Origin: Bigelowiella natans CCMP2755
Lineage: Eukaryota > Protista > Cercozoa
Assembly: GCA_000320545.1 (NCBI GenBank)
Contig: ADNK01001594.1
Coordinates: 81,736-145,735 of the forward strand
Length of the DNA stretch: 64,000 bases
Direction of reading: 5' to 3'
Below, in pieces: positions 53,601 to 64,000 of this stretch. The first letter of the stretch is position 1, and the number at the start of each line of letters is the position of its first letter. Made by a program: the position numbers and the translations under genes. The notes under the pieces were generated by a model, which worked only from the letters and a program-made list of their open reading frames with translations, was not told where the DNA came from and ran no database searches.

Positions 53601-55656
53601 TGCAGCTTGGATACTACGTAGGTTCTCCCCTACCTACGCTAGGACTGCAGCTGCTTTTACTACTGCTTACCGGAAGGAGAACTCTGTAGGCCTCAGCTTC
53701 GCTAAGGTGTGGGCCAAGGCTGGCCTTGATGCCCACTTCGATAACCTAATAAAGTTATGCAGCAACACCCTATTGAATGCTAAGCTAGACACTACTAGAC
53801 CAGCTACCCTATGGACAGACTGGTCTAAGCTAGGTATGGCTGCTGTACTTACCCAAGACCAGCAGATCATACGGGTGTGGGGCAGGGCCTGCACAGCAGC
53901 TGAGGCCAAGTACAGCCCTACAAAAGGAGAGTATAAAGCCATGACTGAGGCGCAGAGGAAACTAAGATACTACCTGCTGTCGGTGCCCAGCTTCACCTTA
54001 ATGACTGACCACAAGCCCCTCCTAGGCATCGACCGCAAGCTCGAAGCGCCTAACGATGAGTATGCAGCTATGAGGGCGGACACGGAAGAGTTTAGGGACA
54101 AGAGGACAGTGGTCTACGCACCAGGAGACAAGCAGCTTGCTGACTATTTCAGCAGGCTGTTCGAAAAGAAAGTCCCTACCCAGGTCACCCCTATGGTTAA
54201 CGCGATTACCTTCGAGGACGGCGACTTCCTGCCTGAGCCAGAGGAGCTCCAGCACCTTCAAGAACACCTGGATAAATACAAACACAAGCATGAGGTACTT
54301 AGTGATAGGATATATGTATACACTAATAATGTTAGGCGTACCTACGTGCCACGGCGGACCAGGGGAGCCCTTCTCTTTACCGCCCATGGACCTGCACACG
54401 TAGGAGAAAACCATATCACTGCTCTACTCTACCATTACTACTGGCCCTACAAGCTAAAAGAGATAAGGACATACCTGCGTGGCTGCAGGTGCTCCAGCTT
54501 GAAGGCGGCAGGCGTCGCCACCAAGGAGTCCAGCAAGAGCCGTGCATCTAAGAAAATCAAAGCAAGGAACTTCTTAGATATCGTGCAAATTGATGTTTAT
54601 AAGTACGATGGCTATCACTACCTTACCTTCGTTGATGTGGCCACTGGAAAGTGCTGGGTTAAAAAGATTATCAAGGTCAACGTTGCTAAGAAGAACAAAG
54701 GCTTATATAAGCAGAGGCTTACTAACTGCTACCGTACCTGGGAGTCTGAGCTCCAGGCTATCCCTGATGAAGTTAGCATAAACAAGATACCAAAGAAGTT
54801 ACATGTGGATAATGAGACCTCTCTTCTACAGCTACCACACCCTAATATTGATGCCTCACCTGTATACTATGCCCAGTCCAACTCCAAGGTAGAGCGACTC
54901 CACCGCACCTTGGCCAACCTAAGCAGGATAAATAGCACCACACCAGACAAGATACAAGGGTTAGTAAACGACACCTTCACGTCTGGGGGAGGTATCAAGG
55001 ATAAGGAGAGGGAAGAAGGCGACGACAACGACGACGATACCGAGAGCGAAGACGAGAAGGTCCCGTACGATGGCCGAGTTCTAAAGGAAGGACAGTATGT
55101 TAGGGCCAAGGTAAATCTGAGATCGAGAAATAAACAAGACCCCTTCTGGGGTGGCGTTGCAAAGGTTACCGAGAGGAAGGGGAGGAAGCAGTACTACATC
55201 TATGATGGGAACAGGGTCACCTTGCGCCACATCAGTCACCTAAAGAATTATGATATCGGTGAGAAGCTCCTAGAGGATGTTAAAGTAAACCCTACTGTGT
55301 GGGAGCGAGCAATGCCTTGTTTAGGACCCCGACCTAAGTTCGATGTGGAATATGGAAACAATAAGGTCAGGGTGAACGACGATTGGCGCATGAAGATTGT
55401 CTATCTAGGCTACCCTGGATTACGAAATATGGAGAGGGTAGCTATGAAAATAAAGGACGGAAAATATCAGCTACTCTACCTAGCTGTTCCCGACTTACCC
55501 TTTGAGCACTGGTATAAGGTCCTGGGGGACCTTGATGCAGAGGGCTGGTATGGACACGAACCTAAGGACGAAGGTGAGTTCTGGGTAAGCGACAAAGGAG
55601 ATAAGGTTAGAGAGGAATCTATTACCTGGTGGTTGGTGAAGTTCCGAAAGCGATGA
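50683..55656 (+). CDS. Gag-Pol polyprotein (1657 aa): Gag with Zn knuckle, aspartic protease, RT, RNase H, integrase, extra C-terminal domain
   Basis: CGYCSRKGKHTAKDC knuckle; ALWDSGS protease; PYGL and YVDD in RT; TDWS and TDHKPL..ADYFSR in RNase H; H-H..C-C zinc domain; IDV / VDNE / SKVER integrase core; SH3-like GPY/F-type module; then ~130 further aa. Confidence 0.96.
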   Translation: MSQQLEEQQDFGSQAVQGHEQKQERKGDTDAKEGGGTPPQAPPGPAPGIKKADAAAEALENFYEADDEDVAAESKKVVMALRALRPRASNYAKLKVSIEYKYQTHDVWAAIMQDIMDYEADLPPEWAALFRNDGGLGASRGTTQSTVKQQQPVQRNTQFMSVKTAPVMITKYNGKRGEARRWWKNARSILCDFTPNPTENDKLKWLAIIKQAMDLYETGRTRIRQLEKIHTTVSGLRDVEAIMKAFVNEQDANSLPQAIRKYRAMMQHEREPVRDFATRFQDMIDELHDFNYNTGDDQARFEEFKLKIKESTYVTEKGYTTMEAAVQAISLREQEQDRKFTSPKVPGIGNINAIKPQRDWYKDREGNRRCGYCSRKGKHTAKDCRDRKEGRPRMTIRQLNEHYEKLKRKKGRGQGYNNSKWQGSNNGKNNKYKNKKQNSINAIQQQINGILDHLKQAPTKTAVPATQDQDKPMTLDDIKNLGVCNINDEDANRTIKVAMTKVKVKDSYGDYKKLPALWDSGSMPKSFISLSTVRRLGLLDQVTKKERKYAQADGSSSMKTVGELMLKLQIPGSDAETQIKTRVAMTLSMELLLGQDALEKLGGIISFYNHKIYFAKLPKKSGRTISQNMIRLDEWTSESSVNALEFMDLADNKLPTPTELRKKNPGKTIRQITELLDKTPPADDWDIDKGKKYINKILNEKYSDITKPTTKPSSKLTPVKIELKKGYEECIINDPEHRRPEADWEKIEWQINEWAKEGKIEPSNSPWNVRHVLAKKPTYPFFRLAHNFIRHNRVIKRIQTPTPRIDDVIEHVIGYKYYSSLDKNESYMQTPIHKTSRPITAFSSRHRKWHFVVFPYGLSISGDAFSSQNYRAYTHDGMASVLWVFVFVYVDDDIICTNTVVAQIFLLENIFIRFAHFGFTIRLQKCTFLATRIKWCGYYLEQGRITPNPEKVAALQQAPKPKNAKELKSFLQTAAWILRRFSPTYARTAAAFTTAYRKENSVGLSFAKVWAKAGLDAHFDNLIKLCSNTLLNAKLDTTRPATLWTDWSKLGMAAVLTQDQQIIRVWGRACTAAEAKYSPTKGEYKAMTEAQRKLRYYLLSVPSFTLMTDHKPLLGIDRKLEAPNDEYAAMRADTEEFRDKRTVVYAPGDKQLADYFSRLFEKKVPTQVTPMVNAITFEDGDFLPEPEELQHLQEHLDKYKHKHEVLSDRIYVYTNNVRRTYVPRRTRGALLFTAHGPAHVGENHITALLYHYYWPYKLKEIRTYLRGCRCSSLKAAGVATKESSKSRASKKIKARNFLDIVQIDVYKYDGYHYLTFVDVATGKCWVKKIIKVNVAKKNKGLYKQRLTNCYRTWESELQAIPDEVSINKIPKKLHVDNETSLLQLPHPNIDASPVYYAQSNSKVERLHRTLANLSRINSTTPDKIQGLVNDTFTSGGGIKDKEREEGDDNDDDTESEDEKVPYDGRVLKEGQYVRAKVNLRSRNKQDPFWGGVAKVTERKGRKQYYIYDGNRVTLRHISHLKNYDIGEKLLEDVKVNPTVWERAMPCLGPRPKFDVEYGNNKVRVNDDWRMKIVYLGYPGLRNMERVAMKIKDGKYQLLYLAVPDLPFEHWYKVLGDLDAEGWYGHEPKDEGEFWVSDKGDKVREESITWWLVKFRKR

Positions 55657-55699
55657 AGGTCTAAGGGAATAAGGAAGGAAGGAAGGAGCAACGTGACTT

Positions 55700-55707
55700 G
55701 GGGGAGG
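55700..55707 (+). other. Polypurine tract
   Basis: GGGGGAGG directly 5' of the 3' LTR, with a further purine-rich stretch at ~55663-55690. Confidence 0.8.
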
Positions 55708-56033
55708 TGTAGCGCGTACCACTACGCGGGCACAAGTCACGTGCGACAACAAAGGGGTTGTCGCGGATATAGAATATAGATAACGTAGATATTAATACAG
55801 CATAGGCACGTGGGTTCCGGCGGGACTCATGGCAGCACACCGGAAGTGTGCTGCCCCACGTGCGGCGGCATTCGCGAAAGCTTCGCGAATGATTACGCAG
55901 TGCACGATTTAATAAAAATATAATCTTTAATAAAAATAAACACAACTCTTCAAAAGGAAGCAAACGTGCCTTTCCCCCCCCCTGCCTACTTGTGCACGTA
56001 GCGCCTCGGCCTGTGAACACCTTACGCGCAACA
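55708..56033 (+). repeat. 3' LTR
   Basis: Direct repeat of 50285-50610, followed by the TGAT TSD. Confidence 0.97.
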
Positions 56034-57083
56034 TGATTCATGGTCGTCTAACTGCATGATTTTTTTGCATCAGACTTTGTTGTTTGAACTGCACCCCAAT
56101 CAGCCGCTGCTCTGAGCAGCTCACACGTGTGTGTGCCTCGATTTGACCGTGCGTACGCGGTTCAATTTCTCCTCACGTTTCTCTTGTCATTCTATCAACT
56201 TCGTGATTTTAAATTTTCGCTTCATGTTCATCCTTTGACTGTGCATCGTGAATAGCTTTGTATTAGCCGAGTGAAGGCAGTTAATAGAAATCCAAGAACT
56301 TGGGAGGAAATCTGAGCAGGACTGAATTTGATCCAGAATTGACAGGCGAAAGTCTTTGCACAATTCCTCTCTATTTCTGATTCAGCAGTGTCCGTGTAAC
56401 TCCCTTGCAGATTACTGAATCAGAGACAGAGTCTATTCACGAAGTTCTTTAACATGAGGCCCTAGTTCTTTATTAATGGTTGTCTTTGTACTAACAAGAT
56501 CTATGCTATCCTTTCAGTCTTGCCCCACATCCACATTGTTGCATTTTCGCTAGCTGTAAACAACTCAAGAATCTTTTCATTTGTTTTACTTTTTCGTTGA
56601 TCTTTTGCATCTTTGTGATTGCGCGTACCGCCTAATTTGCCTGGTCGACTGTCAACATCCTCTGTTCTCATCTTGTTCACCGCATAGTTGATTTCATAGT
56701 CCTTCTCATTTGTGTAATGAGAGTCATGTCACCAGCAGCTCAATGCGACATCTACAATGCTGTTCAATTCAAGTCAATTCGAAAGGGTTGCAAGCCTTTT
56801 CCCGATTGCGACAAGTGTGAGATGTAACCGCTGGAAAAAATAATCATACTTCAACCACTGCTGCAGGTAATTCAATTTGTGGACACGATGAAAGCTACCA
56901 ACATAAATGACAAATTCAAACCAAAGAAGGATGCTCTTCTAGTTCTTGTAAACATAACCTAGTTAGACGTATCGAAACATACATGAGCAGTAACAGTAAT
57001 CAGTTAGGTTAGATGTAAGGAACCAATCTAATGACAAGATGTTTTACATAGAGCGTTGAAGCCTTCAGATCGAATCTACCCCA

Positions 57084-59510
57084 ATGGTGAATTCGGAGAG
57101 TGAAAAGCGTAGCAAGGACATCAAAGAGTGTACTCAGGACCCGAAAAGAAGGAAACTTTCTGTGTGTAGGGTTGAAAATAACATAAATCTGGGTTATCGT
57201 ATAGACATTGCTAATTTGAAATCATTCTTCAAAAACAAGAAGCTTAATCCAATAGCATTTAATGTAAACTCATTGAAGCAAAACAAGAAACAAAAACGAA
57301 AACGAATCGTCAGTAGTAACAGTAGTTTACTGGAGGACACGGGCTCCAAGGTTCGCATTCCATCCTGGAAGTAGTTTCTAGTTTTATATAATTTGTTACA
57401 GATTGTGCAGAACCCTATTCTAATACAGAGTGATATCAAATTTCTGAATGGCATTTAAACATCTCCCATTGACTAATAAATCATGGTAGAATCAACAAAA
57501 CTTGAAGGCTAGCAACACGGGAAAAAGAGGGAGTTACAACCAAAAACAAGCTTCAAAGATATTGTCTAGCAAAACCTATCGCTGTCTCTATGAAAGACTG
57601 GTAGATAATCCTGATTTTGAGACTCTGGAGAAATTAGAATGGAAGGATATGATATTGGTTGCTCAAGCGAACCAACTGACAAGATATGGATCCAGACATC
57701 AACTGAGTATCCGACTGGTACTAATGATAATTCTGGCACATGCAAGGATATTCGTTCAATTTACCTTTGTTACAGCTTAGCCTTCTAAAGCTTAAAATGC
57801 TAGTCAATCCAGAGAGAAAACTCCAAAGAAACACCAAAATATTTTCTACAGAGCTCTGTAATGAAGATATTGAAAGTCAGGCTTTACTCGAAAACACATT
57901 AATGGAATTGTTTGAAGGTAAATTAACCTTTATTGGAGCCTTCAGTAAATATTTACTCTAAAAATGTGTACTTTGCTTTTCAGAAGCTAGGATTCGAGCT
58001 GCTGAAAATAGAATATTTGAGAAAGAAAGTGAGTTTCTATATTTACATGTTGAAATATAAATCCTGTATATTGCAATTCAGTTCGAGCAATGCTTCCGAG
58101 TTTTCCTAAAGATGAATGCGTATTCGTGATTCAAGGTAGAAACTTTCACGTCAACAAATTAAGATAAGCCAGCCAAATTTTATTTTTAGCACTGGAAGAA
58201 ATTATGGCAGACTCAAAAATCAAATTATACTTCAAACTTCCTAAGCTGGACCCAAAACTGTTTGCTCCTTTTGGGTTAATGCAAGGCTATATATTATCAG
58301 CAAGGAAAATCTGTAACACTTCAGGAAGACCCTGTCTTCCGAGAAGAAGACATAAAAAACTATTAAACAAAGAATTTGCAGACTCAGCATCATGGATTCA
58401 TGATTTCTATCTTGTGACGGCACAAGTTCGAAGAATATTTGAATTCGAAGAGGGCATTCTTCCAGAAACAAGTACTACAATTCAGATGATAATGTAGAAT
58501 CGAAGTTTCTTAGACTAATGTATTGAGTGGGATTACATTATGTAGAGCCTATAGAGCATACTGTTAAATTTGTCGCGTCTCTCTCTTCAAAAAGTAAATG
58601 GATTGTTGAAGCAGATGCTCTCAAGAGGACTCAAAGAGTTTGGAAGGTAATATTTATTTTTGAAACTGCAGCAGCTCTGATGTGCAATCCATAATTTCCA
58701 GCTAAATAATCTGATTCGATATGCGAACGATCATCAAGACCTACAAAAGCTAGCTACCCCTATTGTAGGTAATTATGGATTTCATGTCAGCTATTCTTGC
58801 TGCGTTACCTTCTTAAATTGTTAGGCAAAGTTGTTCGGATCAAACAGTTTTCAAAGTCTTCAGATTACCAGCGGAGTCTTTACAAATGCATGAAAATTCA
58901 GTGGCAACAGAGTTCTACAAAAGTATGAACATTCCAAGTCATGGCTGCACACTCATTTTTTCCTGTTCAGATCCAAACAAAACTTCCCCCTACAGTAATT
59001 TCTGCATGGGAAGTAGAGCCTATTCGTCTTATCGATGCAGTCACGAATGATCTATTGTTCATAATCAGCCACTACCCGTCAATTGAAGCACAAGTAAAGT
59101 CATTTCTAGTTTTCATGATCAATCGTAAATTTTAAACAACAGATTCAGGTGAATGCAGTCTCACTAGTTCAAAAAGTGAGAAAGAAACTGAACTCTGTAG
59201 CAACTAATTTAATGGATACACGAATACTTCAGGTATTGCACGATGTTTGCATGGTGTCAATTAGAAGATTGCATTCATTGCATTCTCCATTTATGATATC
59301 AGATGGCATCAGACGCCTCAAATGCGGACATAGACAATGCTAAAAAATTTGCTAGCCTTCACATAGAATACCTGCAAAGAGCATTCGCAAGCGCGAAGTT
59401 GAAACATTGGTTTACGACACATAGCTCATGGGAACAGGTGCGTGACATGATCATGAGACAGATGTACTCATTATGAAAAACTGTCTGTTTAGCTATATTC
59501 AGATTTAGTA
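57084..59510 (+). CDS. Hypothetical multi-exon protein of unknown function; ends approximate
   Basis: A chain of coding-looking blocks separated by short GT-AG introns, e.g. DPKRRK (NLS-like), LEKLEWKDMILVAQANQLTRYGSRHQLSIRL (SAP-like), ALEEIMADSKIKLYF.., IQTKLPPTVISAWE.., LHIEYLQRAF.. Confidence 0.6.
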
Positions 59511-60113
59511 AGGATCTGTCATTCGGAAGTGATTTTGATGCCAAGAATCATGAAAGGAATAGAGGAGATGTCGCTGTTTACCTCACAGAACTAGCTAGCT
59601 AGTGAACATGTTTGAGTCACATGCAATGAACAACAGTGCGCGCTTTCTAATTTTACTGCTGCAATACCATGACGACGAATACGTTCACATTGCTGTTTGT
59701 CGAATTTTTTGTCGTGCATGTTCCAGAACGTCAATCGCGCCATCTAGCCATGCTCATCTCTCAGCGCTAATGAGCTTGCAAGCAGGACACTTTGCATCAG
59801 ATCATGCAAAACACACCTAGCTACAAGTGAATGCGACGACACATGACATCATTGTTGCGGAGATATCTCGCTTTCTCTAGATCTAAGCAATCGACCATTT
59901 TCAGACTTGTAGTTCTACATGTGTTTTTGTGGGCCGCTGAGCTTCTGTGTAGCTAGCATTACTTCTATCGACAAGTGATCTCTGTTTGTGCACTCGAACA
60001 TGTCTCTATCACATCGATTTTCACATTATGCATATCCATTATTAAAGACGATCGGCAAGATGTTTATTACGAAGCAAAATTCAGTTTTACATTATTCAAG
60101 GCTTGGCTGTACA

Positions 60114-60337
60114 TTAGACGGGAGGTAACAAGATTCCATGTTTATCCATCTCAGGATCCATCCCGTCTCCAGTGGTGGGCCTTCTGTGCAGATGTTTTTG
60201 TAACTTCACCAGTCCGTCATCCTCCTAATGGAATCGAAACAGAAAATCGGATTTCTCGTTTTGATACCAGAGCGAATCTAATTATGGCACTCACATTGAC
60301 AACCTTTTTAATCTAAGAAAACCGTACGAGTACTCAC

Positions 60338-60370
<33 letters not shown>

Positions 60371-61522
60371 TCGCTCTCAAATGAAAACAACCAAATGAAC
60401 ACAACCAATGGTGTTGCGTAAGACGTACACACACGTAAGGCTTCTTACCGGTAAACTTTCGAACCCAGGCACAATGTATGCCTCTGGAGGGGGCAACCGA
60501 ACAACTTTTTCGGTATTTCTAAGAAGAATTTATGCATATAAATGAGTTATACGAATGAATTGATAAGTAGATCCTCTGTGATATCGCACGTAAAATGTTA
60601 TGAAGATAGTATTAGCTACTTTCTATCAAAGAAGTGAGGGTCGAATTTCGATGCTCTGGCGCAATCCTCCGCAAATTCATCCACGAGCTGATTCTAAAGA
60701 AATGCGTGATAACAACAAACTTTCAGGCGTAGCATCGAACGAGGCAATCTCACTTTCATCGTATGACGATGAATGTAACTCCAGAGGACTCGCTAATTAT
60801 AGAAATTAAAAAACATCTTTCTGATAAGGTTTGTTGAATTTTGACGGTATCTCACCTCATATTCTTCGGTATTTGAAGGTGGGGCTTCATCCATCCTGAA
60901 ATAAAACATAATTTGCACCGTCATAGCCATTCCAACACATCCTTAAGCACATCACCAAAACACACAAAAACTAAAACACAGCAGCTGTTCCTCCCCCTCT
61001 CTCATTAGCCCTATGATTTCAAGTTGCGGTATGAATGAAAATGTGTCATAGGTAGCTATGCATTTGCCTTCGCTTGATCTCTGCTGTTTCACGTTGATAG
61101 ATAGGATTATTCGCCAATTCTGAGGAAATTACACATGCATAAGAACGATATTCAAGACTCCTCACACCTCACACCATAAATACCATTGAATTTCCTCTTA
61201 CCTTTTCTCATTTGCGCAATGGTGAGTTTGCTGAATTCTTGCGTACTTTTCCCTTTTCGCGCCTCTCCTTCACCGTCCTTCATTTTCCCGATTCGCGTCG
61301 GTTGGTGCTGCTCTCCGCCTGGTTGCTCGTATGCTGGATCTAAGTACGTCAAATTCGCCCTGTCGATTTCGTCCAGATCCTGACCTGTGAAGACACAGTA
61401 CCGATGATGCATATTTGCGCATTTATCATGCTAATGATGATCGTTTTGTCAAGTCAAGATAATATCTAATGAAAAGAAGACACCATTCTACCCTCCCCAG
61501 GCAATTAGCATCCTCACGCCCA

Positions 61523-61568
<46 letters not shown>

Positions 61569-63393
61569 CTCTCCCTCTTCTAAATTGATTGGAGACTCTC
61601 TCACACGCACAGAGATGCATAATCCTCTTCTTATTAACACAACCTTCAAGTCGCGCTTGTGCTTTTGCGGCCTCGTATGCGCTCTGTTGAATATAACACC
61701 ACAGTATGTATGTATATAGATTATATGTAGCAATGACAGATTAAATTCCCACATATTTTTGCACAGCAGAATAGCTGCGTAAAATATTGAAATCATCTCG
61801 TATAAACTACGGATACACCGTTGATTTTCGTGCTACGATACAGTCTTATGTGGTTAAATCTGAATCTTCAGTTTTATCAGCTCTATATTCTGGCACTTGT
61901 GATGGTTAAGTAACACTATCATCGCTGTATTTCCCCAGAAAAATCGCTTAATGTTTTATTAGAGACATTATTATCATACTATCATATACTGTCCGATACA
62001 CTCAAGCTAACACGTTTCATCGACTATTAAATACACCCTTTGTATTGCTACGAAATAAGGGCTCATGTGCGTTCTTGCCTTGACGTCTTTTAGCTCTCCG
62101 ATCATTTTCTCTCGTTCTGCGGGATATTTCTGGTGAACAAGTCGCTCTATAGGCGACAGATCTTCACCTAGACTTTTCGGCATCTATTGATAGAAGGGGG
62201 GGGGGGAGGGAGAGGGATGATATGTTGCGAGGGAAGACTTCAAAGATTCATGAATTGTAGTTATAATCTCATGATCATGAGCATGATCATCGTTATCGTC
62301 CTAATAATATGGCTTCTCTTTTTGTCACGGCATTTCGTTCGTAACGTGTCGCATCCCTACCAATTGCTTATCCGGTATTTTCAGATCTTCATAGTTCTCG
62401 AATGGATCGATGTCGTCCTCTCGAAGAGCGTACTTTCCATCCCCCCCTTCCTTCCCCTTGTCCGGCGGATGATGATGCTGCACTAGTTGTGATACATTTC
62501 CGCTTAGGCCGACTACTTCGGGTAAGGATTCTGCTGATGGCGGTTGCTGCTGTGATCTTGATTCCACCAACCTCTCCATACCTTCCATATCGTCGTATCC
62601 CACTTTTTTGAAGAGGAGGACAGGGGAAGGGGGGGGGGGGAAACGGAGAAGGGGCGTTAGACAATTGAATAGATCGCGAGCTTTATCGCCTTCTTCTTGT
62701 TCTTCTTCTTCATTTCTATTCCTAAACTTCAGAATAATTGTCATTAATACTACATATAGGGCAAGTGTGAGTGTGTGTGTGTGGGTGTGCGGGTGTGCGT
62801 GCGTGTGAAAAGGCCACAACCCTTTGGTGAAAGCAAATATATGGCTTGTTATTGTTAGCAAACCATACTAGGAAGAGGTGGTTGCGACTTGGCTTCCAAA
62901 GCTACACGGGCGTTGAGACGGCCAAGGTCATCATCATCATCAGAAGAAGAAGAAGAAGATAATGATGAGCCTTGTCGCTGTTGCCGTTTCTTGATTTGAG
63001 GCCTCTGCTCTGGTGGGCGGGGCTTCATGTTCTTAAACGGGTTTTCCAATACCTGACAAAATAGCACAGCGCGTACGTTCATTTCACACACTACCTCACA
63101 AAGTATGACCCCCCCCCCCCCCCACATGATTCATCAATATGGATGTATTATGCATCTTTATCTTCTTCGTAGCATTCTTCACTTCACTTTCTTACTCTCG
63201 ATGCTTCTTTCTCACCTCTGCTCTAATAATCCGAACGTCGTCCAAAGGCTCCGATGCATTGTTTACCTTTCGTCACCATCGATTATACGCTGTATTCAGT
63301 CGACCATCGTCGCTAGTTGACATCATAGTACTGGCAAAATAGTGCTGCCAGAGGTATAGTGTCTTCATGAAATCGCCAAACGTTTGCTCTCTC

Positions 63394-63449
<56 letters not shown>

Positions 63450-63546
63450 CAGCCAATCGGGTGCAGCAGAGTCCCAACAATGACTTCGCAAACAGAAAAT
63501 AGCGCGCGTCTGTATGATATTGCCCTTTCTCATCCAAACCCGCCCC

Positions 63547-63585
<39 letters not shown>

Positions 63586-63912
63586 GCAGGACAATTCTCT
63601 CCAGTATTTTGAGGTTGGTTTACAATCGGAAGATCGATATCAAAAGAAGACAAGCATTGATGTATGCGTGTATATATGTATGTTGTTGATTGTATTGTGC
63701 TGTGATATGCTACACCGGCACATTCCCTATGTTGTCGATGACAGTATAGAGGGTCTCTCCACGCACAAGGCCTAGAGGAAAAGAAGACTCCATCACAACA
63801 AATCAGAAAAAAGGCAGCAAGAAGAGCCACTGGAAGTAGAGGAAGAACGTTGGATTTCCACCATCCTTCCTCAAAGATAAGTACTGCTTCTCTCTTTGAA
63901 GAGGGATACGAT

Positions 63913-63978
<66 letters not shown>

Positions 63979-64000
63979 ACGAGTAAGTAAGTAGTAGAGT
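60114..64000 (-). CDS. Cyclophilin-type PPIase (CWC27-like) gene with a long C-terminal tail; the 5' part lies outside the window
   Basis: Spliced GLVRGETLYTVIDNIGNVP (~63716-63770)|VNNASEPLDDVRIIRAE (~63215-63266)|VLENPFKNMKPR (~63016-63052), resembling the end of the CWC27 cyclophilin domain. Further exons run to EDDGLVKLQKH..ILLPPV* at 60114. Confidence 0.62.

Larger units (their letters stand above)
50285..56033 (+). mobile_element. Full-length, recently inserted Ty3/Gypsy LTR retrotransposon
   Basis: 326-bp LTRs (TG..CA) at 50285-50610 and 55708-56033, with no differences seen by eye. 4-bp TSD TGAT (50281-50284 / 56034-56037), PBS at 50616, PPT at 55700-55707, and a single ORF in PR-RT-RH-IN order. 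Confidence 0.97.

Overview
Intron-rich eukaryotic nuclear DNA, probably from a protist; the lineage cannot be fixed from the sequence alone. Many introns are packed with microsatellites, so most short ORFs in the track are artefacts. Manual splicing supports these genes: nicastrin (-, 409-6255); a KIF27/KIF7-like kinesin-4 (+, ~7018-23658); two arylsulfatase paralogues (an 8-exon copy on -, and a + copy with an intronless catalytic region); a small hypothetical gene; an intronless nucleoside hydrolase; an FSH1-family serine hydrolase; a MOSPD1-like MSP protein; a JmjC ribosomal-oxygenase-like gene; an intronless PurD-PurN fusion without PurM; a hypothetical multi-exon gene; and a 5'-truncated CWC27-like cyclophilin gene. 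Genes are mostly in head-to-head pairs, and two MITE-like elements lie in convergent spacers. The most unusual feature is a very young, intact Ty3/Gypsy LTR retrotransposon (50285-56033; 326-bp LTRs that look identical, TGAT target-site duplication). Its primer-binding region is 54-64 nt of antisense tRNA-Glu(TTC)-like sequence with Pol III A/B-box-like motifs and an encoded CCA. Its integrase has DD(27)E spacing and is followed by a degenerate DIRS/Dam-like adenine methyltransferase domain. Exon boundaries and family calls were made by eye and need confirmation.
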